NCBI GenBank assembly: GCA_022184915.1
Contig: JAGTJU010000008.1
Coordinates: 81,232-145,231, forward strand
DNA: 64,000 nt
Direction of reading: 5' to 3'
Origin: Myxococcales bacterium
GTDB taxonomy: Bacteria; Myxococcota_A; Polyangia; Fen-1088
Positions 18,787-28,718 of the stretch are shown here, piece after piece. The position numbers were made by a program, and so were the translations under genes. The notes under the pieces are model-generated. The model made no database searches, was not told the origin of the DNA, and worked only from the letters and a program-made list of their open reading frames with translations. Each line of letters opens with the position of its first letter. The stretch's first letter is position 1.

Positions 18787-20327
18787 CGTCTTCCCCTCAC
18801 CTCGATCCCCACGCGGACGCCCCAGGCCCCAAGAGCCCCCGCGCGTGGTTCGGCGGCTACTACCTGGTCGATTCCATCGGCAAGGGGGGCATGGCCGAGA
18901 TCTTTCGCGCCGTGCGCCCGGGCGAACAGGGCTTTTTGCGGACGGTGGCGCTCAAGCGCATCAGCCCCGCGTACGCGCATTCGGAATCCTTCGTGCAGAT
19001 GTTCTGCGAGGAAGCGCGGATCAGCGCGATGCTGTCGCATCCAAACATCGTGCAGGTGTACGAGTTCGGCAAGGCCGAGGGCACGTACTTTTTGGCGATG
19101 GAGTACCTGCGGGGCCGCGACCTCTTGAGCGTCATGCGCTCGAACGACGCACGCAGGGCCATGATCCCCACGAGCCTGGTCACGTTCATCGGCCAAAAGG
19201 TCGCCTCGGCGCTGGGCTATGTGCACGAGCTGCGCGGCCCGGACGGGGCCTCGCTTCACTTGGTCCACCGCGACGTCAGCCCCGCAAACATCATGTTGCT
19301 CAAACGAGGCGGCGTGAAGGTGCTCGACTTCGGCATTGCCAAGTCGCCCAGCTTGGCGCGGCAGCAGACCCAGGCAGGGTTCGTGAAGGGCAAGATGGGC
19401 TATCTTTCGCCCGAGCAAGCCCGCTGTGAGGCGCTCGACGGCCGCTCCGACATCTTTTCCCTGGGCGTCACGCTCTGGGAGGCGCTGACGGGCAAGCGTC
19501 TCTTCCGGGCGCAGACGGAGTACGAGACGGTCAAAAACGTTCTGAACCTCCCGATCATGCCGCCGTCGAGCATAAACCCTCACGTGTCCCCCCGGCTCGA
19601 CGGTGTCGTCATGGCGTGTCTCGAGAGAGCCCGCGAAGCGCGCCCCGCCTCGGCCAAGCAGCTCTCGGCCGAACTCGGTGAATGCCTGCGGCAGACCCCT
19701 GCCACCGACGAAGACATTGCCGTCTACCTGGGTGAGCTTTACGGGGAACACAGCAGTCAAGTGATCCCGATCGTAAGGGACGAGATGCTGGCCGCGCAGG
19801 CCGGGGCGCCCGAGGCGCTGCCCGCGCCCCCCCACGAATTGCCCTGGGGCAGGCCCGCGAAGATCGTGCCGCTCGTCGACCCAACCCGCCCGCAACCTTT
19901 CGAGGCTTCCCCCCCGGTGGCCGTCACGCCCACCAGCTTGCCCCGCCTGCGCCCCCCCTCCCGCCCAGGGCCCGCGCCGCGCGCCGGGGCAGGGCGAGGC
20001 CTCGCCATCACCGCCATCGGGCTGGCCGCGCTTGGCCTTGCCGGCTCCCAGTGGCTTTGGCCCGCGCTCGTGAACCCCGCCGATCGCGCGGGGGCCCCCA
20101 CCCTCGCAACCACGCGCCTGGAGCTGCACTCGCAGCCCGCAGGCGCCACGGTGCTGGATGCGCAGGGCGAAGCCGTGGGCGTCACCCCGCTCGTGCTCGA
20201 GCGCGCCCGCGACGCCCCCGAGGTCACGTGGGAGCTGCGCCTCCCGGGCCATGCGCCCGCCCGCATCACTCCCACCACCGCGACCGACGTGTTCTTGATG
20301 GTGCCGCTCGACCCCTCGACACGCTGA
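18783..20327 (+). CDS. Ser/Thr kinase with C-terminal TM and PEGA-like domain
   Basis: IGKGGMAEI, ALKRI, HRDVSPAN and DFGIAK. C-terminal LELHSQPAGATV..VGVTPL. ATGA overlap with the first kinase. Confidence 0.92.
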   Translation: MTSSPHLDPHADAPGPKSPRAWFGGYYLVDSIGKGGMAEIFRAVRPGEQGFLRTVALKRISPAYAHSESFVQMFCEEARISAMLSHPNIVQVYEFGKAEGTYFLAMEYLRGRDLLSVMRSNDARRAMIPTSLVTFIGQKVASALGYVHELRGPDGASLHLVHRDVSPANIMLLKRGGVKVLDFGIAKSPSLARQQTQAGFVKGKMGYLSPEQARCEALDGRSDIFSLGVTLWEALTGKRLFRAQTEYETVKNVLNLPIMPPSSINPHVSPRLDGVVMACLERAREARPASAKQLSAELGECLRQTPATDEDIAVYLGELYGEHSSQVIPIVRDEMLAAQAGAPEALPAPPHELPWGRPAKIVPLVDPTRPQPFEASPPVAVTPTSLPRLRPPSRPGPAPRAGAGRGLAITAIGLAALGLAGSQWLWPALVNPADRAGAPTLATTRLELHSQPAGATVLDAQGEAVGVTPLVLERARDAPEVTWELRLPGHAPARITPTTATDVFLMVPLDPSTR

Positions 20328-20349
20328 GCTCGTGACCTCTCCCGGTTCG

Positions 20350-20381
20350 CGGCCTCCCGAGAGGCCGTGGCTTTTGCTTTT
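20350..20381 (+). terminator. Intrinsic terminator after the kinase pair
   Basis: CGGCCTC-CCGA-GAGGCCG followed by TGGCTTTTGCTTTT. Confidence 0.55.
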
Positions 20382-20434
20382 GCGCCTGCGGGTCTCGCGC
20401 CCGCTCTCCCTCACCCCGTCATGGAAGGACACTG

Positions 20435-21943
20435 ATGAAAAAAGCCCTGCTCTGCCTCTGCCTCGCCACCCCCTGGGTGCCCGCCTGTGGTGAGCCCCCC
20501 ACATCCGACGCGCCCCCACCGCAGATCGCCGCCGTGAAGGCGGCCGACGTCCTGGATCCGCGGGTGTCACTGGCCATCACCGACGTGGCCATGCTCGCGC
20601 CCTTCACCTTCGAGCGGGTCCTCACCCAGCTCGTGGCCCAAAGCAACGTGCCTGGGCTCACGCCGCTGCAGCTCTTTCGGCAATGGTGGGACACACAAAA
20701 CCCCGGCCCGGGCCTGGGCCTTGGTCCCCACTGCGATGATGAACTCGACGCCAGCGGAGCGCCCGTGCTCAACGGCTACCCCTACCCCTGCCGTCCCCTC
20801 GAAGGCGCCCAGGCCCAAAGCGATCCGTTCTCGAATCCCGGGACCAACCCCGACGCCTACGTGCCGATCGGCCTCTTCAACCGCTTCGACCTGGCCGCGA
20901 AGAACGGCAGCTTTTGCGGTGAGTACCGGATCGTGTTCGCCAAGCGCTCGGGCATCACGAACGAGTTTCAGCGCAACTTGATCATCTTCGAGGGGGCCCT
21001 GCGCAACCCTCATCCGCTGGACAAGCTCGCAGGCTGCCGAAAAGTGGCGAAGTTCTGGGCCGAGCTCAGCAAGGAGAAAAAAGCCAACAAGCGCTTGGCG
21101 GCACTCGAAAAGTTTTACTTCCAAGGCAACGAGAACTTCAACGCCGCCGTGGACGTCAGGGCCTTCGGAGACAACGCCCGCGACTTTGGCCAGGTGCGGG
21201 TCAATTCCTTCATCAACCCGCCCGGCGCGCAATCGGCCCAGGTGCCTTGGAGCCTGCGGGAGTTCAAGCTGATCCGCAGCGGCTGCAATGAAGACCGCAC
21301 GTCGTGTGAGGCCATGCGCTTCGTGCCGACCACCGTGAAGAACAACGCCTTCGGGGCCCTCTTCAACCCCGTGGAAAAGGCCGAACTGGCGCCCGCGTTC
21401 GTCGAGCGGGCCACCACCTTCCAGGACCGCTTTCCCGAAGTCGCCGTCGAGAGCCTGCTCGCTTCGGATCCCACGGAGATCTCCGTCGACGTCCCGCCCA
21501 GGTTCAACGCGGCCCAAAGCCTCTCCTCGTCCACCCAGATCGATCGCTACGAGCGGCAGTTTGGCGACGTGCCCACGGCGTTCCATGCGGCGATTCAGTC
21601 CCGGCTCGACACGCTCGGCAGCCCCGTCACGCCGCTCCAGGTCGTCCGCAGGGCCATGACCATTTCCTGCGCCGGCTGCCACCGCTTGAACGACGCCGCT
21701 CCCAACAACGATCTTGGCAACGGCCTCACCTGGGCGCCCTCCTTGGGCTTCGTGCACGTGAGCGAGCGCGAGTTCGAGCCTGACGACCCCACCCGCCACC
21801 GCATCTCCGACGCCCTCAAGAACGTCTTCCTCCCCAAGCGCCTGCAGGTGCTCGAGACCTTCTTGCAACACGGCGTGGGCAAGCTCGGCGAGACGGACAC
21901 CGAAAGCGATCGTCCCATCAAGGGCGGTGGCCGACACGACTGA
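20435..21943 (+). CDS. Putative lipoprotein with a C-terminal CxxCH (possible c-type heme) motif
   Basis: Lipobox WVPAC, conserved-looking blocks (LFNRFDLA, CGEYRIVFAK, WSLREFKL) and CAGCH near the C-terminus. Confidence 0.65.
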   Translation: MKKALLCLCLATPWVPACGEPPTSDAPPPQIAAVKAADVLDPRVSLAITDVAMLAPFTFERVLTQLVAQSNVPGLTPLQLFRQWWDTQNPGPGLGLGPHCDDELDASGAPVLNGYPYPCRPLEGAQAQSDPFSNPGTNPDAYVPIGLFNRFDLAAKNGSFCGEYRIVFAKRSGITNEFQRNLIIFEGALRNPHPLDKLAGCRKVAKFWAELSKEKKANKRLAALEKFYFQGNENFNAAVDVRAFGDNARDFGQVRVNSFINPPGAQSAQVPWSLREFKLIRSGCNEDRTSCEAMRFVPTTVKNNAFGALFNPVEKAELAPAFVERATTFQDRFPEVAVESLLASDPTEISVDVPPRFNAAQSLSSSTQIDRYERQFGDVPTAFHAAIQSRLDTLGSPVTPLQVVRRAMTISCAGCHRLNDAAPNNDLGNGLTWAPSLGFVHVSEREFEPDDPTRHRISDALKNVFLPKRLQVLETFLQHGVGKLGETDTESDRPIKGGGRHD

Positions 21944-21989
21944 CCCCCCCTCGCAGGTGCGGCCGGCGCCCGCTTCGGCGCCGCCGCGC

Positions 21990-23369
21990 TTACTTGAGGG
22001 AGGGCCGATAAACCTCGGGCGAGATCCCGAAGCGCTTCATCCAGCGGTGAATCTGCATCCGCGTATGTCCCAGCTCGCGGGCCACCGCCGTCACGTTGCC
22101 TTCGTGCGCCCTCAAAAGCTCGTCGAGCTGCGCCCGCACCTGCTCCGGGTCGGCCTTGCGCTTTGTGGGCGCCACCGCCACGGGCTTGGCCAAGAGCGAG
22201 TCGATGAGATCTCCGCGAATCTCGCGCTCGTCCAGCACCAAGTTCACGACCACCTCAACCAGGCGGTCGAGCTCGCGCACGTTGAGCGGCCACTCGTGCG
22301 CCAGCAAGAGCTCAACGGCTCTGCGGTCGAAGCGAAGCTGGGAGGCCCTGGCACCTGCGTGCCGGCGCAGCAGCGCCGCCACCAGCAGGCCCAGATCCTC
22401 ACGGCGCTCCCGCAAGCCCGGCATCCGCAGCTCGAAGCCCCGCAAGCGCGCCCAGAGATCCGAACGAAAGTCACCACTGGCCACGCGGGCCGGCAAATCG
22501 TGATGGGTGGCCGCCACCAGGCGGAAGTCTATGGGCTCCGGCGCGGCCGAACCCAGGGGGCTGACTACCCGCTCCTGCAGCACCCGCAGCAGCTTGACCT
22601 GCGCCTCGGGCGGCAGATCGCCGATTTCGTCGAGAAACAGAGTGCCCCCGTGGGCGGCCCGCACCAACCCCTTGCGGTCCGCCTGGGCTCCCGAGAAAGC
22701 ACCGCGCTTGTAGCCGAAGAGCTCGCTTTCCACCAGGTGCTCGGGCAGCGCGCCGCAGTTGATCGCCACGAAGGCCCCCGTGCGACCCGACAGCTCGTGC
22801 AGGCTCCGGGCCGAGATCTCCTTGCCGGTCCCCGTTTCCCCGGAGAGGAACACGGGCAAGGTGGTGTTGGCGATGTGGGTGAGCCGCGAAAAGGCCACCT
22901 TCAACGTCAAGCATTGCGTGCGCAGCTCGGCTGGCAAATCGTGCGTTTGCGATACGCCCGCCAGCAGGTCCGAGCGCTCCAGGCGAAGCACGAAGGCCGT
23001 GCGGCCCACCATCAGGCAGCTGCCGGGCGCCACGGTCTGGGACCGCACCGGCTGCCCCTCAACCTGGGTGCCATTGCGCGACCCCAGATCCTCGACCCGC
23101 AGCTCCCCGTCCCTCACCGTGATGCGGCAGTGAGGATCGGAGACGTGCGGGTCGGCGACGGACAGCTGCAGGTGCGGCGCCTCGCCGTGCAGCGCAAAGG
23201 TAGAGCCCCGCCGCAGCGTCAGCGCAACGCCCTCTTCCAGAATCACCGGGGGCATCTCGAGCAGGGGGTTCGGCCCGCAGAGCACGAGGAAAAGGGCGCA
23301 CGAGAGCTCGTCGTTGACCTTGGGTTCGCCAACGGTCTCGAGCTCGGTCAGGGTTTCCGCGGCGTTCAC
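21990..23369 (-). CDS. FHA-domain sigma54-dependent transcriptional activator (Fis-type HTH)
   Basis: FHA (VSDPHC..DLGSRNGT), Walker A GETGTGKE, GAFSGA loop, FLDEIGDL, WPLNVREL and a C-terminal HTH. GTG start at 23369 inferred. Confidence 0.9.
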   Translation of the reverse strand: MNAAETLTELETVGEPKVNDELSCALFLVLCGPNPLLEMPPVILEEGVALTLRRGSTFALHGEAPHLQLSVADPHVSDPHCRITVRDGELRVEDLGSRNGTQVEGQPVRSQTVAPGSCLMVGRTAFVLRLERSDLLAGVSQTHDLPAELRTQCLTLKVAFSRLTHIANTTLPVFLSGETGTGKEISARSLHELSGRTGAFVAINCGALPEHLVESELFGYKRGAFSGAQADRKGLVRAAHGGTLFLDEIGDLPPEAQVKLLRVLQERVVSPLGSAAPEPIDFRLVAATHHDLPARVASGDFRSDLWARLRGFELRMPGLRERREDLGLLVAALLRRHAGARASQLRFDRRAVELLLAHEWPLNVRELDRLVEVVVNLVLDEREIRGDLIDSLLAKPVAVAPTKRKADPEQVRAQLDELLRAHEGNVTAVARELGHTRMQIHRWMKRFGISPEVYRPSLK

Positions 23370-23544
23370 GAAGTTGGCTCGCTGTGACTTGCTGCGCCGT
23401 ATCACACGGCGCGTCTGAGCGTCCCTCAATCCTAACACAGCCCTGCCCCACCACCGAAGCGCACCGGCGCGCGGCGCGTTGCAAGGCCAGGCTCCTCCGC
23501 GCACCGCTGGCCGCAAAGAGGCCTTCTGCCAAGCTACGCGCACC

Positions 23545-24300
23545 ATGATGCCGAAGCCCTCCTCTGCGCGCAGCCGCGTCTTCATCAGCCCTCGTCCGCT
23601 TCCCGTTGCCCCGCTTTTGGCCCTGCTCGCCACCACGACTGCGGCCTGTGCGCACCACGGGCTCCGGAGCACGGGCCCCTCCGTCACGGCCACCGGGGAA
23701 GGCAAAGCCTCGGGCAAGCCCAACCTGGCCACCGTCACCGTGGCCGTGGTCGTGGAAGCCAAGACCGCCACCAGCGCCACGTCCGAGGCCGCCCTGCGCC
23801 AAAGCGCCGTCATCGCCGCCGTCAAAGGTGAGCTGGCAGGCCAAGGCCAGGTGCAAACGAGCGGGTACTCTCTCAGCCCCGTTTACGACTACAACGAGGG
23901 CCGCCAAACGTTGCGGGGGTACCAAGTGCGGAACGCCCTCACCGCCGAGCTCCGCGATCCCAGCAAGGTGGGCGCCGTCATCGACGCCGCCGTGCAAGCC
24001 GGCGCCACCGAGATCGCATCGGTCAGCTTCGGGCTCGAGGACAGCGGGGCGGCCCGCGCCGAGGCCATTCGCAAGGCCACCGAAGCCGCGATGCGGGAGG
24101 CCACGGCCGCCGCCCGCGCCGCCGGACGTTCCCTGGGGACCGTCAAGACCATCGCGGTGGGCTCGAGCTCAGGCGCCCCCCCGCCCATGCCCCTCGTCAA
24201 GATGGCGCGCATGGACATGCAGGCCTCGACCCCCGTCGAGCCCGGCGCGGTGGAGATCACGGCCACGGTGACCGTGGAAGCCACGCTCGAGCGCCCCTGA
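23545..24300 (+). CDS. SIMPL-domain (DUF541) protein
   Basis: Lipoprotein-like N-terminus, TATGEGKASGKPNLATVTVAV, GYQVRN and PVEPGAVEITATVTV. Confidence 0.85.
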   Translation: MMPKPSSARSRVFISPRPLPVAPLLALLATTTAACAHHGLRSTGPSVTATGEGKASGKPNLATVTVAVVVEAKTATSATSEAALRQSAVIAAVKGELAGQGQVQTSGYSLSPVYDYNEGRQTLRGYQVRNALTAELRDPSKVGAVIDAAVQAGATEIASVSFGLEDSGAARAEAIRKATEAAMREATAAARAAGRSLGTVKTIAVGSSSGAPPPMPLVKMARMDMQASTPVEPGAVEITATVTVEATLERP

Positions 24301-24319
24301 CGGCCGGGTCCCCGGAGCG

Positions 24320-25285
24320 TCACGACGGGGCATCCGCGGGCTTGCGCGGCATCGCGCCCGCTGGGGGCTGTTTGCGCAACCGCGAACGCCCCCCCGCGAG
24401 TGTCAGGCTCGCGATCACCGCCAAGGTGATGGCGCCCGTAACGATCGAGATGGACGCAAGCGGCGGGATCGTGACCCACTCGTGAATCATCATCTTCACG
24501 CCAGCGAACGCGAGCACGAAGGCCAGGCCGTAGTGCAGATAGCGCAAGCTCGCAATGGTGCGCGCGAGCACGAGGTAAAGCGAGCGAAGCCCCAGGATCG
24601 CAAACGCGTTCGAGCTGTAAACGATGTATTCCTGCCGCGTCACCGACAACGCCGCCGGCACCGAATCGATGGCGAACACGATGTCGGACAGTTCAATCGT
24701 GAGCAGCGCCAGCAGCAAGGGTGTCACCATCCGTCTGCCGTTTTCGTTGACGATGAACTTGCCGCCGCGGATGCCGTTCGTGAGCGGTAAACGTCGGGAG
24801 AGCCAGGTCACCAGAGCGCTTTCTTCTTTCTCGGTCAGGTCCTCCCGAAAGGCGTGAAGCGCCGCCAAGATCAAAATGCCGCCGAACACGTAGACCACCC
24901 ACGAAAAACGTTCGATGGCCGCGATGCCGGCAAAGATGGCGATGCCCCGGAACACGAGGGCTCCCAAAATGCCCCACAGCAAAACCGTATGTTGCTGCTC
25001 GTCCGGCACCTGAAGGCTTTGAAACACGAGCAGGAACACGAACAGGTTGTCCACGCTCAAGCTCTTTTCGATGAGGTAAGCGGCGAGGTACTCCTCCGTG
25101 GCCCGACCGCCAAGCTGCGCGAACACGTAGAAGGAAAACAGCAGCCCCGCGCCAATCCACACCACGCTCCACGCGATCGCCGCCCGTCGCGTCTGTTCAC
25201 GCCCTTTGCGGTGTGCGAACAGATCCAGGATCAACAAGACGGACAACACCGCACCAAAGACGATCCAATCGAGCGATCCCGCCAC
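24320..25285 (-). CDS. TerC/Alx family membrane protein
   Basis: YLIEKSLSVDNLFVF, ELSDIVFAIDSVPA and SNAFAILGLRSLY. GTG start 5 nt after GAGGAGG. Confidence 0.92.
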   Translation of the reverse strand: MAGSLDWIVFGAVLSVLLILDLFAHRKGREQTRRAAIAWSVVWIGAGLLFSFYVFAQLGGRATEEYLAAYLIEKSLSVDNLFVFLLVFQSLQVPDEQQHTVLLWGILGALVFRGIAIFAGIAAIERFSWVVYVFGGILILAALHAFREDLTEKEESALVTWLSRRLPLTNGIRGGKFIVNENGRRMVTPLLLALLTIELSDIVFAIDSVPAALSVTRQEYIVYSSNAFAILGLRSLYLVLARTIASLRYLHYGLAFVLAFAGVKMMIHEWVTIPPLASISIVTGAITLAVIASLTLAGGRSRLRKQPPAGAMPRKPADAPS

Positions 25286-25394
25286 GTGCACCTCCTCGCC
25301 AGAACGCGTGCAACGTCCGTGCCCGAACGCAGGTACCGTTGGCCCCGGATCTGCACACGCTTGCTCACCACACGCACCAAAGGAGCGATAAACC

Positions 25395-26282
25395 ATGGCG
25401 AGCCAAGACACACAGAATCAAGACCCGCGCACGGCGGGCCCACATGGGTTCACCGCCCAGGAGCAGGCGGCGACCGGCAAGGAACACGAGATGACGCCCG
25501 CGCCCGACTACGGCGCGCGCTCCTACAAGGGCCACGGACGGCTCACGGATCGTGTGGCGCTCATCACAGGCGGAGACAGCGGCATCGGTCGCGCCGTGGC
25601 GCTCGCGTTCGCCCGGGAAGGAGCACACGTGGCGATCGCATATCTACAAAACCACGACGACGCCCAAAAGACCCGCGCCCTGGTGGAAGCCGAGGGGCGA
25701 AAAGCCGAGCTTTACCCCGGTGATGTAGGGGATCCCGAGCACTGCGAGCGGATCGTGGCGAAGGTCGCCCAGACCTTCGGGCGCCTCGACGTGGTGATCA
25801 ACAACGCTGCCTTTCAGGGCGAAAGCGTCCAGAGCGTGTCCGAAATCGAGCCCGCGCGCCTCGAACGCACGTTCCGCACGAACATTTTGGCGATGTTTCA
25901 CATCGTGCGGGCGGCTCTCCCTCACCTCAAACCCGGGGCGTCCGTCATCAACGTGAGCTCGATTCAAGCCACGAATCCATCGCCCGCCCTCATCGATTAC
26001 GCGGCCACCAAGGGCGCCATCACGAACTTCACCCTGGCTCTGGCGCAAGAGCTTGGCCCGAAGGGCATACGGGTCAACGCGGTGGCCCCGGGGCCGGTGT
26101 GGACCCCACTCGTCGTGCAATCGTTCGACGCGGACCGGGTGGCGTCGTTCGGCGAGAACACGCCGCTTGGCCGGGCGGGCCAGCCGGCCGAGGTGGCGCC
26201 CGTCTTCGTCTTCTTGGCCAGCGACGACGCCCGCTTCGTGAGCGGCGCCATCATCGGGGTGACCGGCGGCAAGCCGCTGTGA
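25395..26282 (+). CDS. SDR family oxidoreductase (YhdF/YdaD general-stress type)
   Basis: ITGGDSGIG, NNAAFQ, YAATKGAI and PLGRAGQPAEVAP. Confidence 0.92.
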   Translation: MASQDTQNQDPRTAGPHGFTAQEQAATGKEHEMTPAPDYGARSYKGHGRLTDRVALITGGDSGIGRAVALAFAREGAHVAIAYLQNHDDAQKTRALVEAEGRKAELYPGDVGDPEHCERIVAKVAQTFGRLDVVINNAAFQGESVQSVSEIEPARLERTFRTNILAMFHIVRAALPHLKPGASVINVSSIQATNPSPALIDYAATKGAITNFTLALAQELGPKGIRVNAVAPGPVWTPLVVQSFDADRVASFGENTPLGRAGQPAEVAPVFVFLASDDARFVSGAIIGVTGGKPL

Positions 26283-26306
26283 GGGCCCGCGCCCGCACAG
26301 CGGGTC

Positions 26307-27044
26307 TCAGTAGCCCGCCGACGGGGACGCGATCCCTGCCCCGATCGGCGGAAGGCCCATGCGCCTGCGACACTCGTCCAAGATCACGGCCGTGTGGCTC
26401 GTGCCCACGCGGGTGACGCCCAGGGCACGCACGGCCAGGACGCGGTCGTAGTCGCGGATGCCGCCGCTGGCCTTCACCTGGACGGAGGGCGGGCTGTGGG
26501 TGCGCATCAGCACGAGCGCGGCGTCGCTGGCCCCCGCCGGCCCGAAGCCGGTGGACGTCTTCACCCAGTCCACACCCAGGGTCCCGCATAGTTCGCAAAG
26601 GATCCGCGTCTCGGATTCGGTCAGGGAAGCGGTCTCGAAGATCACCTTCAGCTTGGCTCGGTGGGCGCGGCACACCTGCAGCACGGCCCCAACGTCAGCG
26701 CTCACGGTGGCGAAGTCGCCCCCTTTGACGGCGCTCAGGTTCACCACCATGTCCAGCTCCACGGCGCCGTCCTCGAGGGCCCGCGCGGCCTCCGCCACTT
26801 TGGTGGAGGTGCAATGGCCGCCGTGAGGAAAGCCCACCGTGGTGCTGACGCGCGTGGGGCTGCCCGCCAAAACACCGGCAGCCAGTTTTACGGCATAGGG
26901 CAGGATGCACACGCTGGCCACGCCATAGGCGCGCGCGCTTTCGCACCCCTCGACCAGCGCCCCGCGGGACAGAGTGGGCGTGAGCAACGCGTGATCGATG
27001 AGCTGGGCGATGTCTTCGTACGCGGGTGGGGGCAAACCGGGCAT
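26307..27044 (-). CDS. deoC: Deoxyribose-phosphate aldolase
   Basis: IDHALLTP, TVGFPHG, ELDMVVN, KVIFET, VKTSTGF and VKASGGIR. Confidence 0.95.
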   Translation of the reverse strand: MPGLPPPAYEDIAQLIDHALLTPTLSRGALVEGCESARAYGVASVCILPYAVKLAAGVLAGSPTRVSTTVGFPHGGHCTSTKVAEAARALEDGAVELDMVVNLSAVKGGDFATVSADVGAVLQVCRAHRAKLKVIFETASLTESETRILCELCGTLGVDWVKTSTGFGPAGASDAALVLMRTHSPPSVQVKASGGIRDYDRVLAVRALGVTRVGTSHTAVILDECRRRMGLPPIGAGIASPSAGY

Positions 27045-27121
27045 CGCGGCACCCTACCGCGGGCCGACCCAAGAATCACCGAATTGACCCCTTGTGCCCG
27101 CCCCGTGCGACCTCACGAGCG

Positions 27122-28507
27122 ATGTCATCCGTGTACGGCACGCGTGGTTCTTCATTCACGAGTTCGCTCCCGCTTGCAGCGGCCTTGGTGCTGGGGGGGC
27201 TGCTGCCGCCTGCGGCCTGCACCTCGACAAGCGAGGGGAGCGACGAAGGCGGACCCGGGGACGCGCAGGCCGGGGCGGGGGGCGGGACCTCCTCAGGCGG
27301 TCGCGCCGGGGGTGCCACCGGCGCATCTTCGGGCGGTGCCTCGTCCGGGGGCACCACCGGCGGCAGCGCGGGCACCGGTTCGGGCGGGAACGCAGGAAGC
27401 GCCCCTGTCTCCGCCGGGGCGTGGCCCACGGGGTGGTCGAAGCGGCGCAGCGCAAAGCCCACCCTCGACGCCCTGGCGAACGCCTGGGAGGGCGGATTGC
27501 CGCTGCTCGTCAGTGTTGCCGTCGAAGGCTCCGAGGGCATTCAAGCGCCGGCGGATGCGGGCAAGCTCCGCGTGCTCGACAAAAACGGACAGCCCGTCCC
27601 CTACGAGCTCGACAGCGTGAGAAACGGCAAGGCTCTGGTCTGGATTCGCTTCCCGACCCCGGACACTGCGGTGTGGATTTACACGGCCCCCACCGCGGCG
27701 GCGCCCGCGGCGCCCGACCCGGCGGACGTCTGGGGCGACGAAGACAGCGTGTGGCACCTCGAGGCGTCCGGGCTCGAGTCGGGACCTCGTGCGCATGACG
27801 GCCTTGCCGATCCCGAGGGACCGGGTGTTGCGTTCGCCGAAGGCTTCATCGGAAACGGCTTCGTCGGAGATTCGTCAAAGAAAGCCAACCTCGGCCTCGC
27901 GCGCGGCGAGGCCGCCGATGGGCGCCTGCTCTCGGGGGTCAAGGGCTTTACGATCTCGGCCTGGGTGAAGGCGACCGACCTCGCGTTGCTGGGCGACAAA
28001 CCATTCGACCGCGCAATCCTCTCGGTGGGCACCGACGCCACCGACTCGAACTACAACCATGCCTCGGGCGTACTGGCCATCGGGCTCGCCAAGAGCAACG
28101 ACGCCGGCGGCAAGGTGGTCGTGGGTGCTCGGCCCAGGGGAGACATGGAAACCGTGACCTCGGAAGGCGCCGTACCCCAAAACCAGTGGACGCACGTCGC
28201 AGGGGTGGTCGACATGAAGAGCAAACAGGGGCGCCTCTTCATCAATGGCGAAGCCGCCAGCGCCTGGTTGTCGATGGGCGATCTCGAACTCGACGCCTTC
28301 CCAGCCGATCACAAGGCGAAGTCGACCCACATCGGCGCCAGTGCCGGAGGACAGTACGGCTATTTCGACGGTGTGCTCGACGAGATCCGTCTGTCGCGGG
28401 TCATGCGCAGCGACGCGTATCTGAAAGCAGTGTTCGCGAACATGCGCGACCCTCAGGCGACGATCTCGGTAGGGCCCGTCGAAAGCAACAACGGCGAGGG
28501 TCCGTGA
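27122..28507 (+). CDS. Exported DUF2341-like + LamG/concanavalin A-like domain protein
   Basis: Signal/lipobox region, a Gly/Ser-rich linker, VWHLE, and LamG motifs (FTISAWVK, WTHVAGV, FDGVLDEIRLS). Confidence 0.75.
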   Translation: MSSVYGTRGSSFTSSLPLAAALVLGGLLPPAACTSTSEGSDEGGPGDAQAGAGGGTSSGGRAGGATGASSGGASSGGTTGGSAGTGSGGNAGSAPVSAGAWPTGWSKRRSAKPTLDALANAWEGGLPLLVSVAVEGSEGIQAPADAGKLRVLDKNGQPVPYELDSVRNGKALVWIRFPTPDTAVWIYTAPTAAAPAAPDPADVWGDEDSVWHLEASGLESGPRAHDGLADPEGPGVAFAEGFIGNGFVGDSSKKANLGLARGEAADGRLLSGVKGFTISAWVKATDLALLGDKPFDRAILSVGTDATDSNYNHASGVLAIGLAKSNDAGGKVVVGARPRGDMETVTSEGAVPQNQWTHVAGVVDMKSKQGRLFINGEAASAWLSMGDLELDAFPADHKAKSTHIGASAGGQYGYFDGVLDEIRLSRVMRSDAYLKAVFANMRDPQATISVGPVESNNGEGP

Positions 28508-28718
28508 GTTTCGGATCCGCGCCACACGCGAAGGCGTCTTCGCCCGCCGCGAACGGCGCGTGCCGTCGGACGCGCCGAAGGTGTGGGCCGCCCTTTACGT
28601 GCTGGGAAAGATCTGCCGATGAGCTCGTACGGGGTACTTTTGTGCCCGCGCGCCGGAATCGTCATCGAGACGGTCCCCCGAATGACCCACCCGGCGTTCG
28701 ACAAACGACCCAGGGGAC

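Noticed and set aside
16089-20570. Long alternative-frame ORFs (e.g. 16089..18167 +, 16726..18201 -, 18540..20570 -)
   Set aside because: They overlap well-supported kinase genes, are Arg/Gly/Ala/Pro-rich and lack motifs. They are shadow ORFs expected at high GC.
1395-27044. nupC and deoC as a nucleoside-catabolism cluster
   Set aside because: They are ~24 kb apart with unrelated genes between them, so there is no evidence of linkage.
27240-27400. Gly/Ser/Ala-rich stretch as a DNA repeat element
   Set aside because: It is an ordinary low-complexity linker of an exported protein, with no discrete repeat unit.
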